From contig OZ076421.1 in assembly GCA_964187785.1 (NCBI GenBank), positions 51,212,001 through 51,276,000 of the forward strand: DNA of 64,000 nt. Direction: 5' to 3'. The position numbers and the translations under genes are program-made. Position 1 is the stretch's first letter, and each line of letters opens with the position of its first letter. The DNA is from Amphiscolops sp. MND2022. Lineage: Eukaryota. Shown here one piece after another: positions 63,094 to 64,000 of the stretch. The notes under the pieces were generated by a model. That model did no database searches, was not told the origin of the DNA, and saw nothing but the letters and a program-made list of their open reading frames with translations.

Positions 63094-64000
63094 GTAAGTT
63101 GATGTGCTGAAACTACCAGAACACTTTTTGAAGGTCCCAAGAGGTTTGAAGCTGTTTCGCAATTCGAACAAAAAAATCAGGGATCAGAAATCTGCAGACG
63201 TCGACACCGCTACTTTCGTTACGATTGGACGAGAGGGCTAAAATCGAATGGATTTTCGCAAGTTTTACCTTAAAAGAGAAAGATCTTTCTTTTTTGAACG
63301 AATTCGCGCTGAAAAACTATCAAAAGCGAAAAGGCAACAACGAAAAAATGCCAAAATTGTGGAAGCACCAAAAGTGAGTTAGAGACCAGTGTCGGTGGAA
63401 ATATCCAGTTGTGAAAAATAGGCCCCTCCGGGCACACTATAAGTTCTGCTTTAATCTTTCATTTTCAATGATAGAATCATATCTGGAATATCAATACACT
63501 CCTGTTTATTCATTATTAAGCGCACAATTAATTTTAACCGCCTCTGATTCTTCTCGGACTAAAGAAAATATAACTACTAAGCGTATACGACTCGCTCGCT
63601 TCATCGCACGAGAATTGAATTGTCATCGGCAGAATGAAGAATTCAATTCTCACGCGCAACATTCAATGCAGAGCAAATAATCTGAATTTTTCAGTATCAC
63701 GACGAAAATTTTATGTGATGTCATGGTACATGTCTTCAAGAACTTTCAAATATCTCGAAGTCACCCAATTCTAGAGATAGATGTCTCTTCATTTGTAGTT
63801 TACTGAAGTTGACTAGATTGCGGACATTTTAAGATAACTTAATTAACACCTTGTGAAAATATAACTAGTAACCCACCTAACCCTTCTTACTGTTGTCGCT
63901 ATTGATTAATTAGCATGTCAATATAACTAAATGTAATCATTGATGAATTTGAAGAGTTTATCTACTTGGAGAAAATTTGAGTATTAACTGACGAACGGTT

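Overview
AT-rich eukaryotic (probably invertebrate animal) genomic DNA dominated by transposable elements, with a 200-N scaffold gap at 44311-44510. Left to right: a G-poor cluster of unidentified co-oriented ORFs (1-3350); a decayed Ty3/Gypsy element with only its 3' LTR (10925-15781); a second Gypsy family arranged LTR-internal-LTR-truncated internal (18984-26645); a ~1 kb duplicated block; several MITEs; a decayed hAT transposase with a CGGBP1-like BED finger (33176-34360); and a composite satellite block (37.9-42.8 kb) in which one 69-bp CCAAT-containing monomer forms a 5-mer higher-order repeat in one array and a 2-mer in the other. Right of the gap is a spliced host gene largely missed by the ORF track: 8 phase-compatible exons (48137-61616) encoding an acidic, probably GPI-anchored protein of unknown family. 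Its 11.2-kb last intron holds an antisense BEL/Pao element whose RT region is inverted in place, and an almost intact antisense CR1/L2-group LINE. The LINE's ORF2 has no start codon before its endonuclease domain and follows the PHD-finger ORF1 in frame across a single TGA-CTA, a known stop-readthrough context. All alignments and identities were counted by eye; no database searches were run.
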